Source of the DNA: Macrostomum lignano
Taxonomy: Eukaryota
Length of the DNA stretch: 64,000 bases
Direction of reading: 5' to 3'
Assembly: GCA_002269645.1 (NCBI GenBank)
Contig: NIVC01000623.1
Coordinates: forward strand, 62,001 to 126,000
The position numbers were made by a program, and so were the translations under genes. A model generated the notes under the pieces. The model was not told where the DNA came from. It saw only the letters and a program-made list of their open reading frames with translations, and searched no databases. Of this stretch, positions 35,175 to 46,853 are shown piece after piece (positions within the stretch are counted from its first letter, which is position 1; each line of letters begins with the position of its first letter).

Positions 35175-38100
35175 ATGTCGCAGCACGCCTTGCCAGTACT
35201 GTTTATTAACATGGGCGGCGAGATGCTCTACATCCTTGATCAAAGACTGCGCGCTCAAAAGATTGATAACGAAAAGGCGCGCAAGGTGCTTAACGATATT
35301 GTTGGCACAATGTTTAACAAGCGCTTCATGGAGGAGCTATTTAGACCGCAGGAGCTGTTCACCCGCAATAGTCTCCGCGTCCTGTTCGATCGTCTGGCAC
35401 ACGCGTCCATCATGCGCCTGAATTCGGCTAGCATGGACAAGCTGTACGATCTAATGACTATGGCAGTCAAGTTCCAGGTGTACATGGCTGAGCGACCGCG
35501 CGACCTGTTAATGGTGTGCCTGAATCACCTGGACTGGGTGGCCAAGCAGTTGCAGGGCGAGGACAGCCCGGCTAAGCAGGCCCTAGTTTGCACCTACAAG
35601 CTGCTGGCTTTGCTGGATAAACAGCTGGGCTACGGTGACTGGCAGGCCATGCGGCACTGTCTGATGAATTTCTTTCAGGTGAGACTGATTGTCTGCTAGT
35701 TTGCAGGTCAGGCCTATTCCCGTTGTAAACAACTAATTAGCGTCTCTGGTCCGACTCTTGTGACTTTTTAACGTCTCAAACGGCTATAATGCGACGGAGA
35801 GATACGAATCTACGGCCCCAGAGTCATGAAAGAAGCGCCCCGTTTCAGAGTTGCAGACAATAAAACGCCTCAAATTGACTCTTTGGCGAATCTTCGACGA
35901 CTTGTACCGTGACATCTGGTCGTTTGAATCTAAAAATACGGGTAGTTAGCTAGACCATTCACATCTTTTACATTTCATCCACTAATTTATTCCATTTCCA
36001 CCCATAGGACACGCACACTCGAGTGTCAATCTTTCTGAAGGAGGGCACGCAGGACAATTCTGGCCGATTTCGCCTGCCATTCGGCGGTCCCCTGCCAGCT
36101 GGCTTCGCTAAGCTGGGAAATGTGCAGCTGTACACCAATAGGGGCAAGCCGCTGCAGCCGGCCAGCTTCTCCGTCAAGCAGTTCAACGGTCAGAGTCGCG
36201 AAGGCTCGGCTGATATGCGAGGCGATCGGGGCACTTCGCTGGGCTGCAATATGTACGCTGGCGGGCAGGTGGACACCTCGGCGCCGCCGACGCAGCAGCC
36301 GACTGGCTCGGAGTCCCGGCAGCAGCAGAAACAGCAGCAGCGCAGCAAAGGAGCCCCGACGCCTCAACTGGTTGCGGCCCCATCCGATCTGGATAGTTAT
36401 CAGGTTATTGGCGTGTTTGAATTCCAGTTGTAGCTTGTCACTGATGTAGCTTTTCCCTGATGCAGCTTGTCACTGATGCAGCTTGTCACTGATGCAGCTT
36501 GTCTCTGATGTAGCTTGTCACTGATGCAGCTTGTCACTGATGTAGCTTGTCACTGATGTAGCTTGTCACTGATGTAGCTTGTCACTGATGTAGCTTGTCA
36601 CTGATGTAGCTTGTCACTGATGTAGCTTTTCCCTGATGCAGCTTGTCACTGATGCAGCTTGTCACTGATGCAGCTTGTCTCTGATGTAGCTTGTCACTGA
36701 TGCAGCTTGTCACTGATGTAGCTTGTCACTGATGTAGCTTGTCACTGATGTAGCTTGTCACTGATGTAGCTTGTCCCTGATGTAGCTTGTCACTGATGTA
36801 GATGTCACTGATGTAGCTTGTCACTGATGTAGCTTGTCCCTGATGTAGATGTCACTGATGTAGCTTGTCACTGATGTAGCTTGTCCCTGATGTAGCTTGT
36901 CTCTGATGTAGCTTGTCACTGATGTAGATGTCACTGATGTAGCTTGTCACTGATGCAGCTTGTCACTGATGTAGCTTGTCTCTGATGTAGCTTGTCTCTG
37001 ATGTAGCTTGTCACTGATGTAGCTTGTCAGTGATGTAGCTTGTCACTGATGTAGCTTGTCACTGATGTAGCTTGTCACTGATGTAGCTTGTCCCTGATGC
37101 AGCTTGTCACTGATGTAGCTTGTCACTGATGTAGCTTGTCACTGATGTAGCTTGTCCCTGATGTAGCTTGTCACTGATGTAGATGTCACTGATGTAGCTT
37201 GTCACTGATGTAGCTTGTCCCTGATGTAGCTTGTCTCTGATGTAGCTTGTCTCTGATGTAGCTTGTCCCTGATGTAGCTTGTCACTGATGTAGCTTGTCA
37301 CTGATGTAGCTTGTCCCTGATGCAGCTTGTCACTGATGTAGCTTGTCACTGATGTAGCTTGTCCCTGATGTAGCTTGTCACTGATGTAGCTTGTCACTGA
37401 TGTAGCTTGTCACTGATGTAGCTTGTCACTGATGCAGCTTGTCACTGATGCAGCTTGTCACTGATGTAGCTTGTCACTGATGTAGCTTGTCACTGATGTA
37501 GCTTGTCACTGATGTAGCTTGTCCCTGATGTAGCTTGTCACTGATGTAGATGTCACTGATGTAGCTTGTCCCTGATGTAGCTTGTCAGTGATGTAGCTTG
37601 TCTCTGATGTAGCTTGTCCCTGATGTAGCTTGTCCCTGATGTAGCTTGTCACTGATGTAGCTTGTCACTGATGTAGCTTGTCACTGATGCAGCTTGTCTC
37701 TGATGTACCTTGTCACTGATGCAGCTTGTCCCTGATGTAGCTTGTCACTGATGTAGCTTGTCACTGATGTAGCTTGTCCCTGATGTAGCTTGTCACTGAT
37801 GTAGCTTGTCACTGATGTAGCTTGTCACTGATGTAGCTTGTCTCTGATGTAGCTTGTCCCTGATGTAGCTTGTCACTGATGTAGCTTGTCACTGATGTAG
37901 CTTGTCACTGATGCAGCTTGTCACTGATGCAGCTTGTCACTGATGTAGCTTGTCACTGATGTAGCTTGTCACTGATGTAGCTTGTCCCTGATGTAGCTTG
38001 TCACTGATGTAGATGTCACTGATGTAGCTTGTCCCTGATGTAGCTTGTCAGTGATGTAGCTTGTCTCTGATGTAGCTTGTCCCTGATGTAGCTTGTCACT

Positions 38101-39816
38101 GATGTAGCTTGTCACTGATGTAGCTTGTCACTGATGTAGCTTGTCTCTGATGTAGCTTGTCACTGATGTAGCTTGTCACTGATGTAGCTTGTCACTGATG
38201 TAGCTTGTCCCTGATGTAGCTTGTCACTGATGTAGCTTGTCACTGATGTAGCTTGTCCCTGATGTAGATGTCACTGATTTAGATGTCACTGATGTAGCTT
38301 GTCACTGATGTAGCTTGTCCCTGATGTAGCTTGTCACTGATGTAGCTTGTCACTGATGTAGCTTGTCACTGATGTAGCTTGTCACTGATGCAGCTTGTCA
38401 CTGATGTAGCTTGTCACTGATGTAGCTTGTCTCTGATGTAGCTTGTCTCTGATGTAGCTTGTCTCTGATGTAGCTTGTCACTGATGTAGCTTGTCACTGA
38501 TGTAGCTTGTCACTGATGTAGCTTGTCACTGATGTAGCTTGTCCCTGATGTAGCTTGTCACTGATGTAGCTTGTCACTGATGTAGCTTGTCTCTGATGTA
38601 GCTTGTCACTGATGTAGCTTGTCACTGATGTAGCTTGTCACTGATGTAGCTTGTCACTGATGTAGCTTGTCCCTGATGTAGCTTGTCACTGATGTAGCTT
38701 GTCACTGATGTAGCTTGTCTCTGATGTAGCTTGTCACTGATGTAGCTTGTCACTGATGTAGCTTGTCACTGATGTAGCTTGTCCCTGATGTAGCTTGTCA
38801 CTGATGTAGCTTGTCACTGATGTAGCTTGTCTCTGATGTAGCTTGTCACTGATGTAGCTTGTCCCTGATGTAGCTTGTCACTGATGTAGCTTGTCACTGA
38901 TGTAGCTTGTCACTGATGTAGCTTGTCTCTGATGTAGCTTGTCCCTGATGTAGCTTGTCACTGATGTAGCTTGTCACTGATGTAGCTTGTCTCTGATGTA
39001 GCTTGTCACTGATGCAGCTTGTCACTGATGTAGCTTGTCAGTCACTTATGTAGTCAGTCACTTATGTAGTCAGTCACTGATACAACTGACAATACACTGA
39101 AACAACGGTATCGCATGTGACCCTCCAATGTGACGGTCAAATTAATAGTCACACATACCAAATACTTTGTTTTCTACGTTTACGTTTTTCATAAATTAAC
39201 CAAACATACACTGTATACACACAGAGGTCACATTGACGGTCACAAGTGTAACAGGTAGTGTCACATTTTTGACGGTGACCAAAAAATGGTGACTGTGCTG
39301 CATTTTTGTGGCAGAACAAAAAGGCTGTTGCCGCCAACGTATGGTGCCAGATCATTCAGTGTTGATTAGACAGTAACAGCTTTTAGAATAATATTTAGCT
39401 ATCAAATATTGTTTTTGACCAATTTCTGTCAGACGGACCCCAACGCGGCCGCCCAGCTGGACCTGCTGGCCCAGCTGATCGGCTCCGGGCCCAGGCGGTC
39501 CGGCGCGTCCGGCTTCCGGCTGAATCTGTTCCGCAACGACGCCGAAGAGGAGGAGGCCGAGTCCGTCGCCGCCGCCTCGGCCGGCCCGACGCCCGGCGCA
39601 CGAGATCATCGGGTGTTGAATTTCGACGCCCGAGAGGCCGGCAAAGGCGGTCGCGATCGGCTCAGCCACGTGATGCGCGACCTTCGACTGGACGACGACG
39701 ACGCCGATGATGACGGCGGTGACTACAGCAGAAATCGGCGTGGCGGCCAGGGGCGTACGAGAAGCGGCGGCGGTCAGCGCAACCTGTTGGATCTGATGGA
39801 CGAGGAAAATGATTAG
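35175..39816 (+). CDS. OSCP1: OSCP1/NOR1 homolog, 3 exons, about 427 aa: join 35175-35678, 36008-36403, 39433-39816
   Basis: LFINMGGEMLYILDQRLRAQ, RLAHASIMRLNSASMDKLYDLMTMAVKFQ, DTHTRVSIFLKE, LGCNMY; phase-0 GT-AG introns. Confidence 0.93.
36430..39075. repeat. 16-bp minisatellite (TGATGTAGCTTGTCAC), about 160 copies, OSCP1 intron 2
   Basis: Direct periodicity; starts about 26 nt after the donor. Confidence 0.97.
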
Positions 39817-41044
39817 TTGCTGAGAGGTCTCGGTTTAATCCGGATTTTATGACAGCCTTTTGTGATCTGCTCTTCTTTAATGTTCAGAACATCTTTTTCG
39901 GTGTTTTACGATTTAGAACAGTGCTTTTGTGGCTTTTGCTGTCGTGAATTGAGTTGACATTCTTGAATCAATAATCTCACTTGTTTTGCCTCGTTTATAT
40001 TAACTCTATTGTGTTTAATAGATGATTTTTATTGATGTGTAATCGTGAGCAGTTCAATTGGTTTAGAGAACACTGTGCGTTTTCACAAACTCTATGGATC
40101 TTAGTTTCAGAGAATTATCTATGCTTGTGCTGTCCACTAACAGTTGCAATATCGTTGCAATTGTGTTTGCTACATATAATAAATATGTAGATCGATCTTT
40201 TTCAACATGAACACTGATCCAGTGGCTTTCAATCAGGTTTTGCCCTTATATACTACACTAAAGCTCTCTATCTAGATTCTCTTGTTGTCTCTGAAATCCT
40301 ACGAGTACAAAAATTTAGTGCCTTAGTGCTATCATCGTGTCGCTGTGGAATAGCTTAATTGTAGCTCTAGACACTTTAATGACTAATTGATCATAGATAT
40401 TAATGTTTTGTTAATCACTTTTTATTAGCACGATTCAGGATAAACCGCGATATTCAAGGAGAGTTTCAAGTCCCAATTACAAACTACCCAATCATAAAGC
40501 ATAAGGCTCCATCTCCATTTCGATTTGACTTCGCGTTAATTTTGTTGCCAAAAAAGAACTATTCTATTACCGAAATCCGTCCTGAATTTCGCATTATAGT
40601 AGTATAGTAGTATGACAGGCACTTAGCTTAATTATTTCTATGCTTTCTATTATCATGTATTTTTGTTAATTTCACTTCAATACTACTAGGCTTGGAAAGC
40701 GTGATTTTTTTAACTGTGATGCTGTGTGTAACATTCCAGATCTGTGTCGCTGTTTACTATTGAAAGTTCTGTTCATTTTTATATAATTTTTTTTTACTTT
40801 GTTTTAGCTTATTAAAGCCGCTCTAGATGCACTCTAGATGTTGTTTGTTTAAATTCAAAAATAGCCGTCTTCTGCTGTGTTCTTTATTTCTCTTTTGTGT
40901 ATATTTCCCTAGTTTTAAAAAACACAGTATTGCCATGAAATAGGAATGAGAGGGCTCAGATAGCTAGAGTTGGCCAACATTTTTTAGTAAGACTGCTTGC
41001 CAATTTTGTATTTTGAAAAAAGCTAACACCTAAGCAGTACCTGC

Positions 41045-41090
41045 GACAGACTGGCAGGCAGACAGACAGACATAGGGCAGGCAGGCAGAC

Positions 41091-41139
<49 letters not shown>

Positions 41140-41168
41140 TAGACAGACAGATAGACAGATAGACAGAC

Positions 41169-41213
<45 letters not shown>
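41045..41213. repeat. (GACA)n microsatellite
   Basis: Direct. Confidence 0.95.
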
Positions 41214-41316
41214 CACTGGGAAAATTATAGAGAAAATCGCACCTGGGCTTCCGTATCCTGTCCCAAGTTGCGCACTGATCCACCTCCGCCTTGCAGACCT
41301 GCTCCCCGCAGCAATA

Positions 41317-41757
41317 ATGGTGTCAAAAATCATGAAAGCCGGTCGCGTCGTGGTGGTGCTGTCCGGCAGGTACGCCGGTCGGAAGGCCTTCATCGTGAAG
41401 AACTACGACAAGTCCGGCTCTGACGAGAGCAGCGGCAAGTCCGGCCAGGACAAGCGCAACTACTCGCACTCGCTGGTTGTGGGAGTGGACCGCTATCCGC
41501 GCAAAATCACCAGGAGCATGGGCAAGAAGAGGGCCGCCAAGAAGACCAAGCTGAAGCCGTTCATCAAGATTATGAACCACAACCACGTGCTGCCAACTCG
41601 CTACGTTGTGGACACCACCTTCGACAGTAAAGTTGTGAACAAGGAGGCGTTCAAGGACGCCGCGGCCAAGCGCAAGGCAATGGCACTTGTCAAGAGCCTG
41701 GAGGAGAAGTACAAGGCGGGCAAGAACAAGTGGTTCTTCACCAAGTTGCGCTTCTAA
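41317..41757 (+). CDS. RPL27: 60S ribosomal protein L27 (eL27), copy 1, intronless CDS, 146 aa
   Basis: [51 protein letters not shown]. Confidence 0.97.
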   Translation: MVSKIMKAGRVVVVLSGRYAGRKAFIVKNYDKSGSDESSGKSGQDKRNYSHSLVVGVDRYPRKITRSMGKKRAAKKTKLKPFIKIMNHNHVLPTRYVVDTTFDSKVVNKEAFKDAAAKRKAMALVKSLEEKYKAGKNKWFFTKLRF

Positions 41758-42077
41758 CTTTATGGCTATTGTTATTGTTAGGATTTACAACTCTGTAATA
41801 TACGACTCACAGTGAGATTGATGAACTGTTCTCGCCTGTTTTAGCGAGTGTCCGAGAAATGTTTATGGTTTTATTCATTTTTTCTCCACTTTTCTAGTAA
41901 AACAACTTTTATGCGGGATAGGTTGGAAATCTACTTAAAATATTTCAAATAAATTGTAAATTGCAATCCCGTAATTATTTCCTGTTCTCCTGTTCATGCC
42001 AGTCAGCTTACTGCCGCCCTACAGATTAATCAAATTTGACTAAAAGCAGATAAGGAGAATTACAAAGACTGAAACAA

Positions 42078-42554
42078 ATGGCCGCCGGGTCCGCAGACAT
42101 TCTGAGCCGCCGCCTACAGAAAGAACTAATGGAGGTCATGACAGTTGGCGAGAAGGGCCTGTCAGCATTTCCCGAGGGCGAGAATCTCACTCGATGGACG
42201 GCCACACTGGAGGGTCCCGCTGGCACGCCGTACGAAGGCGACGTTTACAAACTGTCGCTGGAGTTCCCGGCCGATTACCCCTATAAGAGTCCCGTTGTCC
42301 GCTTCACTACTCCCTGCTTTCATCCCAATGTAGACCAGTACGGCAACATCTGCTTGGACATTCTCAAGGAGAACTGGAGCGCCCTGTACACTGTGCGCAC
42401 CATCCTGCTGTCCTTGCGATCTCTACTTAACGAGCCCAACAATGACAGTCCGTTGAACGCGCAGGCCGCCAGTCTGTGGTGCAATCCGGCCAAATTCGCC
42501 GAGAAGAAGCGCGCCTTTCAGGAGCAGCAGCGCAGCGCTTCAACTAAGTCCTGA
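42078..42554 (+). CDS. UBE2C: Ubiquitin-conjugating enzyme E2 C (UbcH10-like), intronless, 158 aa
   Basis: RLQKELM..KGLSAFPEGENL, YKLSLEFP, HPNVDQYGNICLDILKENWSALY, EPNNDSPLN. Confidence 0.9.
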   Translation: MAAGSADILSRRLQKELMEVMTVGEKGLSAFPEGENLTRWTATLEGPAGTPYEGDVYKLSLEFPADYPYKSPVVRFTTPCFHPNVDQYGNICLDILKENWSALYTVRTILLSLRSLLNEPNNDSPLNAQAASLWCNPAKFAEKKRAFQEQQRSASTKS

Positions 42555-42700
42555 GTGACCGGATTCTATGTTGGCTAGCCTTCTGTATTTCATAGAATAA
42601 CACATAGCTGCAGATTGACTTTTGCTAATTGTTTTTCATTTAGTAATTCTAGTTTTAGTAACTAAAATATAACAATTTGGCTACTTTCTTACACAACCCC

Positions 42701-42779
42701 CGTATAAAAGTGGGGCGGTCACAATGGAGGGTCACAAAACGGTCACATAGTCAAAATGTGACCGTCCCACTTGTATACG
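42701..42779. mobile_element. 79-bp mini inverted-repeat element (23-bp arms, 2 mismatches) with internal GGTCAC motifs
   Basis: CGTATAAAAGTGGGGCGGTCACA and TGTGACCGTCCCACTTGTATACG; related inverted sequence near 39115-39290. Confidence 0.5.
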
Positions 42780-42950
42780 TACAATTGACAGATATTAAAA
42801 TAACTAGATTGGCGTGTGAGTTCAGTAGCAAGGAAATATATATAAACTGTTTTATGAAAAGAAATGGTCAGTTAAAGATAATTTTAATAGGTTTAGAAGT
42901 CCGGTAGAGAAACGCACGGTTTGTGGGTTTAAGCTGGTAGTTGAGTTAAG

Positions 42951-43261
42951 AGGTTGTAGTCTAGTGGTCAGAGCGTCGGACTCCCGACTTGAAGGTCTTT
43001 GGTTCGATTCCCGATCCCACTAGAACAATTTGTGTCATTGAGCAGGACACTTAACTCTGCTTTGCTTCAGTTCACCCAGCTGTAAAATGGGTGCCAGCAT
43101 TAGCTGGGGTAATTGAGGGTGTGTGGCGACCCCCCCCCCAGTCCTTGGACTGAACAGCCGTACGCAGCCTTCAGATGCGCCGCGCAATAGCTGCGGCTGA
43201 GCTGTCGGTTGCACATCTGGCCATTAGGGCCGGTGTAATCAATTATTTATTATTATTATTG
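42951..43261 (+). mobile_element. tRNA-derived SINE with CORE-like central domain, full length
   Basis: Pol III A box TAGTCTAGTGG, B box GGTTCGATTCC, core GTGTCATTGAGCAGGACACTTAAC..TCAGTTCACCCAGCTGTAAAATGGG, (ATT)n tail; second copy at 51946-52198. Confidence 0.88.
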
Positions 43262-44192
43262 AGCCAATAAAATAATCAATGTATTTTGTCTTAACTTACT
43301 ACTGAACTGACAGTAGCTTAAACGCATATGCGCTGAATGGCCTAACTAGTTATATTAGTATATGTGTCGCAATATGGGTAGTTGGGCCTTCTTTGCATGC
43401 ATTCGTACGGTTGGAATAATTTTATGTATCTAATAAAGGGTTGAGTTTTGCCAGCTGACTAATATTATACACTGTCGCTTCCACATTCGCCTGTGCGTGA
43501 GTTAGCGGCTACTGTATAATTAATTCAATTTGCTTGTCATTAATTAATTAACTTTAATATGCATGCTAATGTAGTTTTTTATCAGTTTGCAAGCAACCCA
43601 CTTTCTATTGAATTGAATATTACAACAATATAGCTGTGCTCATTTTTATCTTTTATTACTTAAGGCGTTGTAATTAGTTTCTTTTTTAACTAATTGCAAT
43701 CAAATATTTTTACTGCTATTTCACTTGAGGGACGCTGGCGTGTGTGATTTCTCTATGCATTCATCTGTCACTGTGTCACTGTTTTATTAGCTTTTAGTGC
43801 CGCAACATTTCTTGCTGTATTATAATATTAGTTAGCCCCGTGTAAATTATCTGTGTTCTGTAACTCACTGAGGTCCTTGGCTCCTTAACGCCTTAAGCTT
43901 TCTAATTATTTATATCATTTTGCACGCGAATAATCACAATTTTATGTTATGCCTAATTATGTTTCTGCTAGCCAGCACCAATTGAATAGTGTGCTCTGGT
44001 GTACATTAGATTGAGGGGCAAAGTTTTTACGTTGCCCCTGCTCTTTGTTTAATCTCTTTATAACTGGCAACACTAGTTATTTCATTATTATTATGATTGC
44101 ACTGTCACTTAGATACTACTCAATACCCCGGCACAGCAGTAGCGCGATTCGGACCACATGCTCTATAATTGTTACTTATTCTGATTTAACAC

Positions 44193-44363
44193 CAGGGGTC
44201 GGCATAGCCTGAATGGCCAGATTACAACCTAGCTATTGGCTGCAGGCCAGATGAGAGAGGAGAGGAGATATGGGATGAGAGAGATGAAAAAAAGAGAGCT
44301 GAGAAGAGACTTTTGCGAAGTTTCAAAGGACCCGAGGGCCGGGTAGGAGTTTGCCGACCCCTG
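44193..44363. mobile_element. hAT-type MITE (short copy)
   Basis: TIR CAGGGGTCGGCA and TGCCGACCCCTG; interior homologous to 46611-46853; no TSD preserved. Confidence 0.75.
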
Positions 44364-44962
44364 TGTTGCTCTTTCCACTGGCTGGGGCAGTATTCAGAGG
44401 CAGTGACTGCGCTACCCTTCTGTTAGCTTAGCCGGCATTCGCTGTACAAATAATCGATTTTTTTAGATCCGTCATTTCATAAATCCAATAGCAATTATTC
44501 TAACCCTGGAACTGACCTATAAATGGCTTGTATCTATTATACTCCTTATGTATCTTTATCATTACACTTGATACTCTATAAATAATGTATGACTCTTACT
44601 TATCATTTTATATAATAGTAGGTCCTATTTATTTAAATCGTATATACGCGTATTAATAAAAAATTCTGGTCAATCCTTTACTTGTTTGTTTTTATTATTT
44701 TAAATTCTGACAACAAAAATTCGACTCATTGCTCGTGTAAACTGCACATAAAATATGTCGTGCGATTTCTTTACAATGAATAAATATTATTATATACATT
44801 GACTGATGCTCCAAAGTCTGCTTGTTGCCTTTTTTTCAATCAATTTCTTGTTTTTAATCACTAATGCTAGGGTTTTTAGTATTGAAATCCTGGGCTTCCG
44901 TATCCTGTCCCAAGTTGCGCACCGATCCACCTCCACCTTGCAGACCTGCTCCCGCAGCAATA

Positions 44963-45403
44963 ATGGTGTCAAAAATCATGAAAGCCGGTCGCGTCGTGGT
45001 GGTGCTGTCCGGCAGGTACGCCGGTCGGAAGGCCTTCATCGTGAAGAACTACGACAAGTCCGGCTCTGACGAGAGCAGCGGCAAGTCCGGCCAGGACAAG
45101 CGCAACTACTCGCACTCGCTGGTTGTGGGAGTGGACCGCTATCCGCGCAAAATCACCAGGAGCATGGGCAAGAAGAGGGCCGCCAAAAAGACCAAGCTGA
45201 AGCCGTTCATCAAGATTATGAACCACAACCACGTGCTGCCAACTCGCTACGTTGTGGACACCACCTTCGACAGTAAAGTCGTGAACAAGGAGGCGTTCAA
45301 GGACGCCGCGGCCAAGCGCAAGGCAATGGCACTTGTCAAGAGCCTGGAGGAGAAGTACAAGGCGGGCAAGAACAAGTGGTTCTTCACCAAGTTGCGCTTC
45401 TAA
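44963..45403 (+). CDS. RPL27: 60S ribosomal protein L27 (eL27), copy 2, intronless CDS, 146 aa
   Basis: Identical protein to copy 1; two synonymous differences seen. Confidence 0.97.
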   Translation: MVSKIMKAGRVVVVLSGRYAGRKAFIVKNYDKSGSDESSGKSGQDKRNYSHSLVVGVDRYPRKITRSMGKKRAAKKTKLKPFIKIMNHNHVLPTRYVVDTTFDSKVVNKEAFKDAAAKRKAMALVKSLEEKYKAGKNKWFFTKLRF

Positions 45404-45679
45404 CTTAATAGACTGGCTGATTTATTGACAAATTGTTGTTTGCTCCAAAGGACTCAGAATAAAAGTGATTTGTAAAAGCAGCGTTGATAACTGTTGGCTT
45501 CGACTGGATTGAAATGCTTGTTTTGGAAAAAAAGGCTTTCTTCGCGTTTCGACTTCTTTGCTAACGTTAGCCGATAGTTAGCAATAAAAACCCTAGTTTC
45601 GATCACAGATACTAAAATGACTAGATGGGCTACTCAGGCACATATACTTAGTAAAACAGCTTTCTACCTTCAGTTCAGT

Positions 45680-45962
45680 AGCAAAGAAGAATACATAAGC
45701 TATTTTATAAAAATAAAGGCAGCTGAAATGACTTAATAATGTACATTAGCCAGTCCGAAAAAGGCAATAAAATTTTGGGCGGGGTGGCGGTAGTTTGGAA
45801 AGGTGCCGTTGGAGGGTTTAAGCTGGGGGGGTAAGAGCCAATAAATGAGCCTTGGCTTTAAAAAAACAATATAATGCTTCTGTCCAACCTACTACTGAAC
45901 TGAAAGTAGGTTACACGCAAGTGTGCTGAGTGGCCCATCTAGTTATTCTAGTATCTGTGGTT
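45680..45962 (+). repeat. Unclassified dispersed repeat, copy 1
   Basis: Shares AAGAATACATAAGCTATTTT, AATAAAGGCAGCTGAAAT, GGGTTTAAGCTGGGGGG and CCTACTACTGAACTGAAAGTAG with 51118-51482. Confidence 0.75.
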
Positions 45963-46610
45963 CGATGCAATAGTCATTCAGTTAATTTAGATTGCTTTTG
46001 CTTTAGACCACTTCAGTCCTACGAATACAGATCGGCCCCTTGCTCATGAGCCGTTCCAATTCCAAGGTATCAAAATGTCTTGCATTTGTGTCGCCGGAGT
46101 TATTTCGAGTTTATTATCAACCAGACTGACAAACATTCGCTATCTTCACTTATTCGTTGGCGAATCGAGTCGGCATGTACAATTGATTCTTTATATATTT
46201 GCTATGAAAGAAATAAGATGCGAAATGAAAAGTTAGCTAAGTGCTTGCTTTGGGTGCTTCCGGCCTCCGGCTGTCCGTCGGTTCTGGTGCAGTATCGTAT
46301 ACAGAGTTTTGCTAGCAATCAAAATGACACAGAAAAGTAAATATTGTATTGCACTGTACTCAGTGTGTAAAAATAGCCAATGCTTATATCCCTGGTTTGT
46401 TAATCTGGTTTAGAATAAAATTTAGTAATATAAGGATAACAAATGACAATGCTCCATGAACTTTATCTTCAATTATAATTATGTACTCGTAACAGAATAT
46501 CCTAGAATAGATGAACAACAGAAATATTATATTTGTAAGCATTTTCATGAGCCACGGTTACGGAACGCAAAAGATAAGTACGAATGAATGTGCAGTTTGA
46601 GAATTTAAAG

Positions 46611-46853
46611 CAGGGGTCCGATTGGCAAACTTTACCTCAAGGGCCAGGTTAGGAATCTTGCTTAAATAAGAGTTGGGAGAAAGAAGAGAAAATAGATAAA
46701 ATGAGGGATAGAGAGAAGATGAGAGGAGCTGAGAAACGAGAGAAGAGGGGAGAAAAGGTATTACAGAGCTGAGAAGAGGATTGCTAATGTGAAGTTTCAA
46801 AGGATCCGAGGGCCCGATACAGAGGCTTCGCGGCCGAAGTTTACCGACCCCTG
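46611..46853. mobile_element. hAT (Buster-like) MITE with 8-bp TSD
   Basis: Termini CAGGGGTC..GACCCCTG; ATTTAAAG on both flanks (46603-46610, 46854-46861), with central TA. Confidence 0.85.

Noticed and set aside
42951-43020. tRNA gene
   Set aside because: A and B boxes are present, but the acceptor and anticodon stems do not fold properly; it continues into a SINE body and has a second dispersed copy
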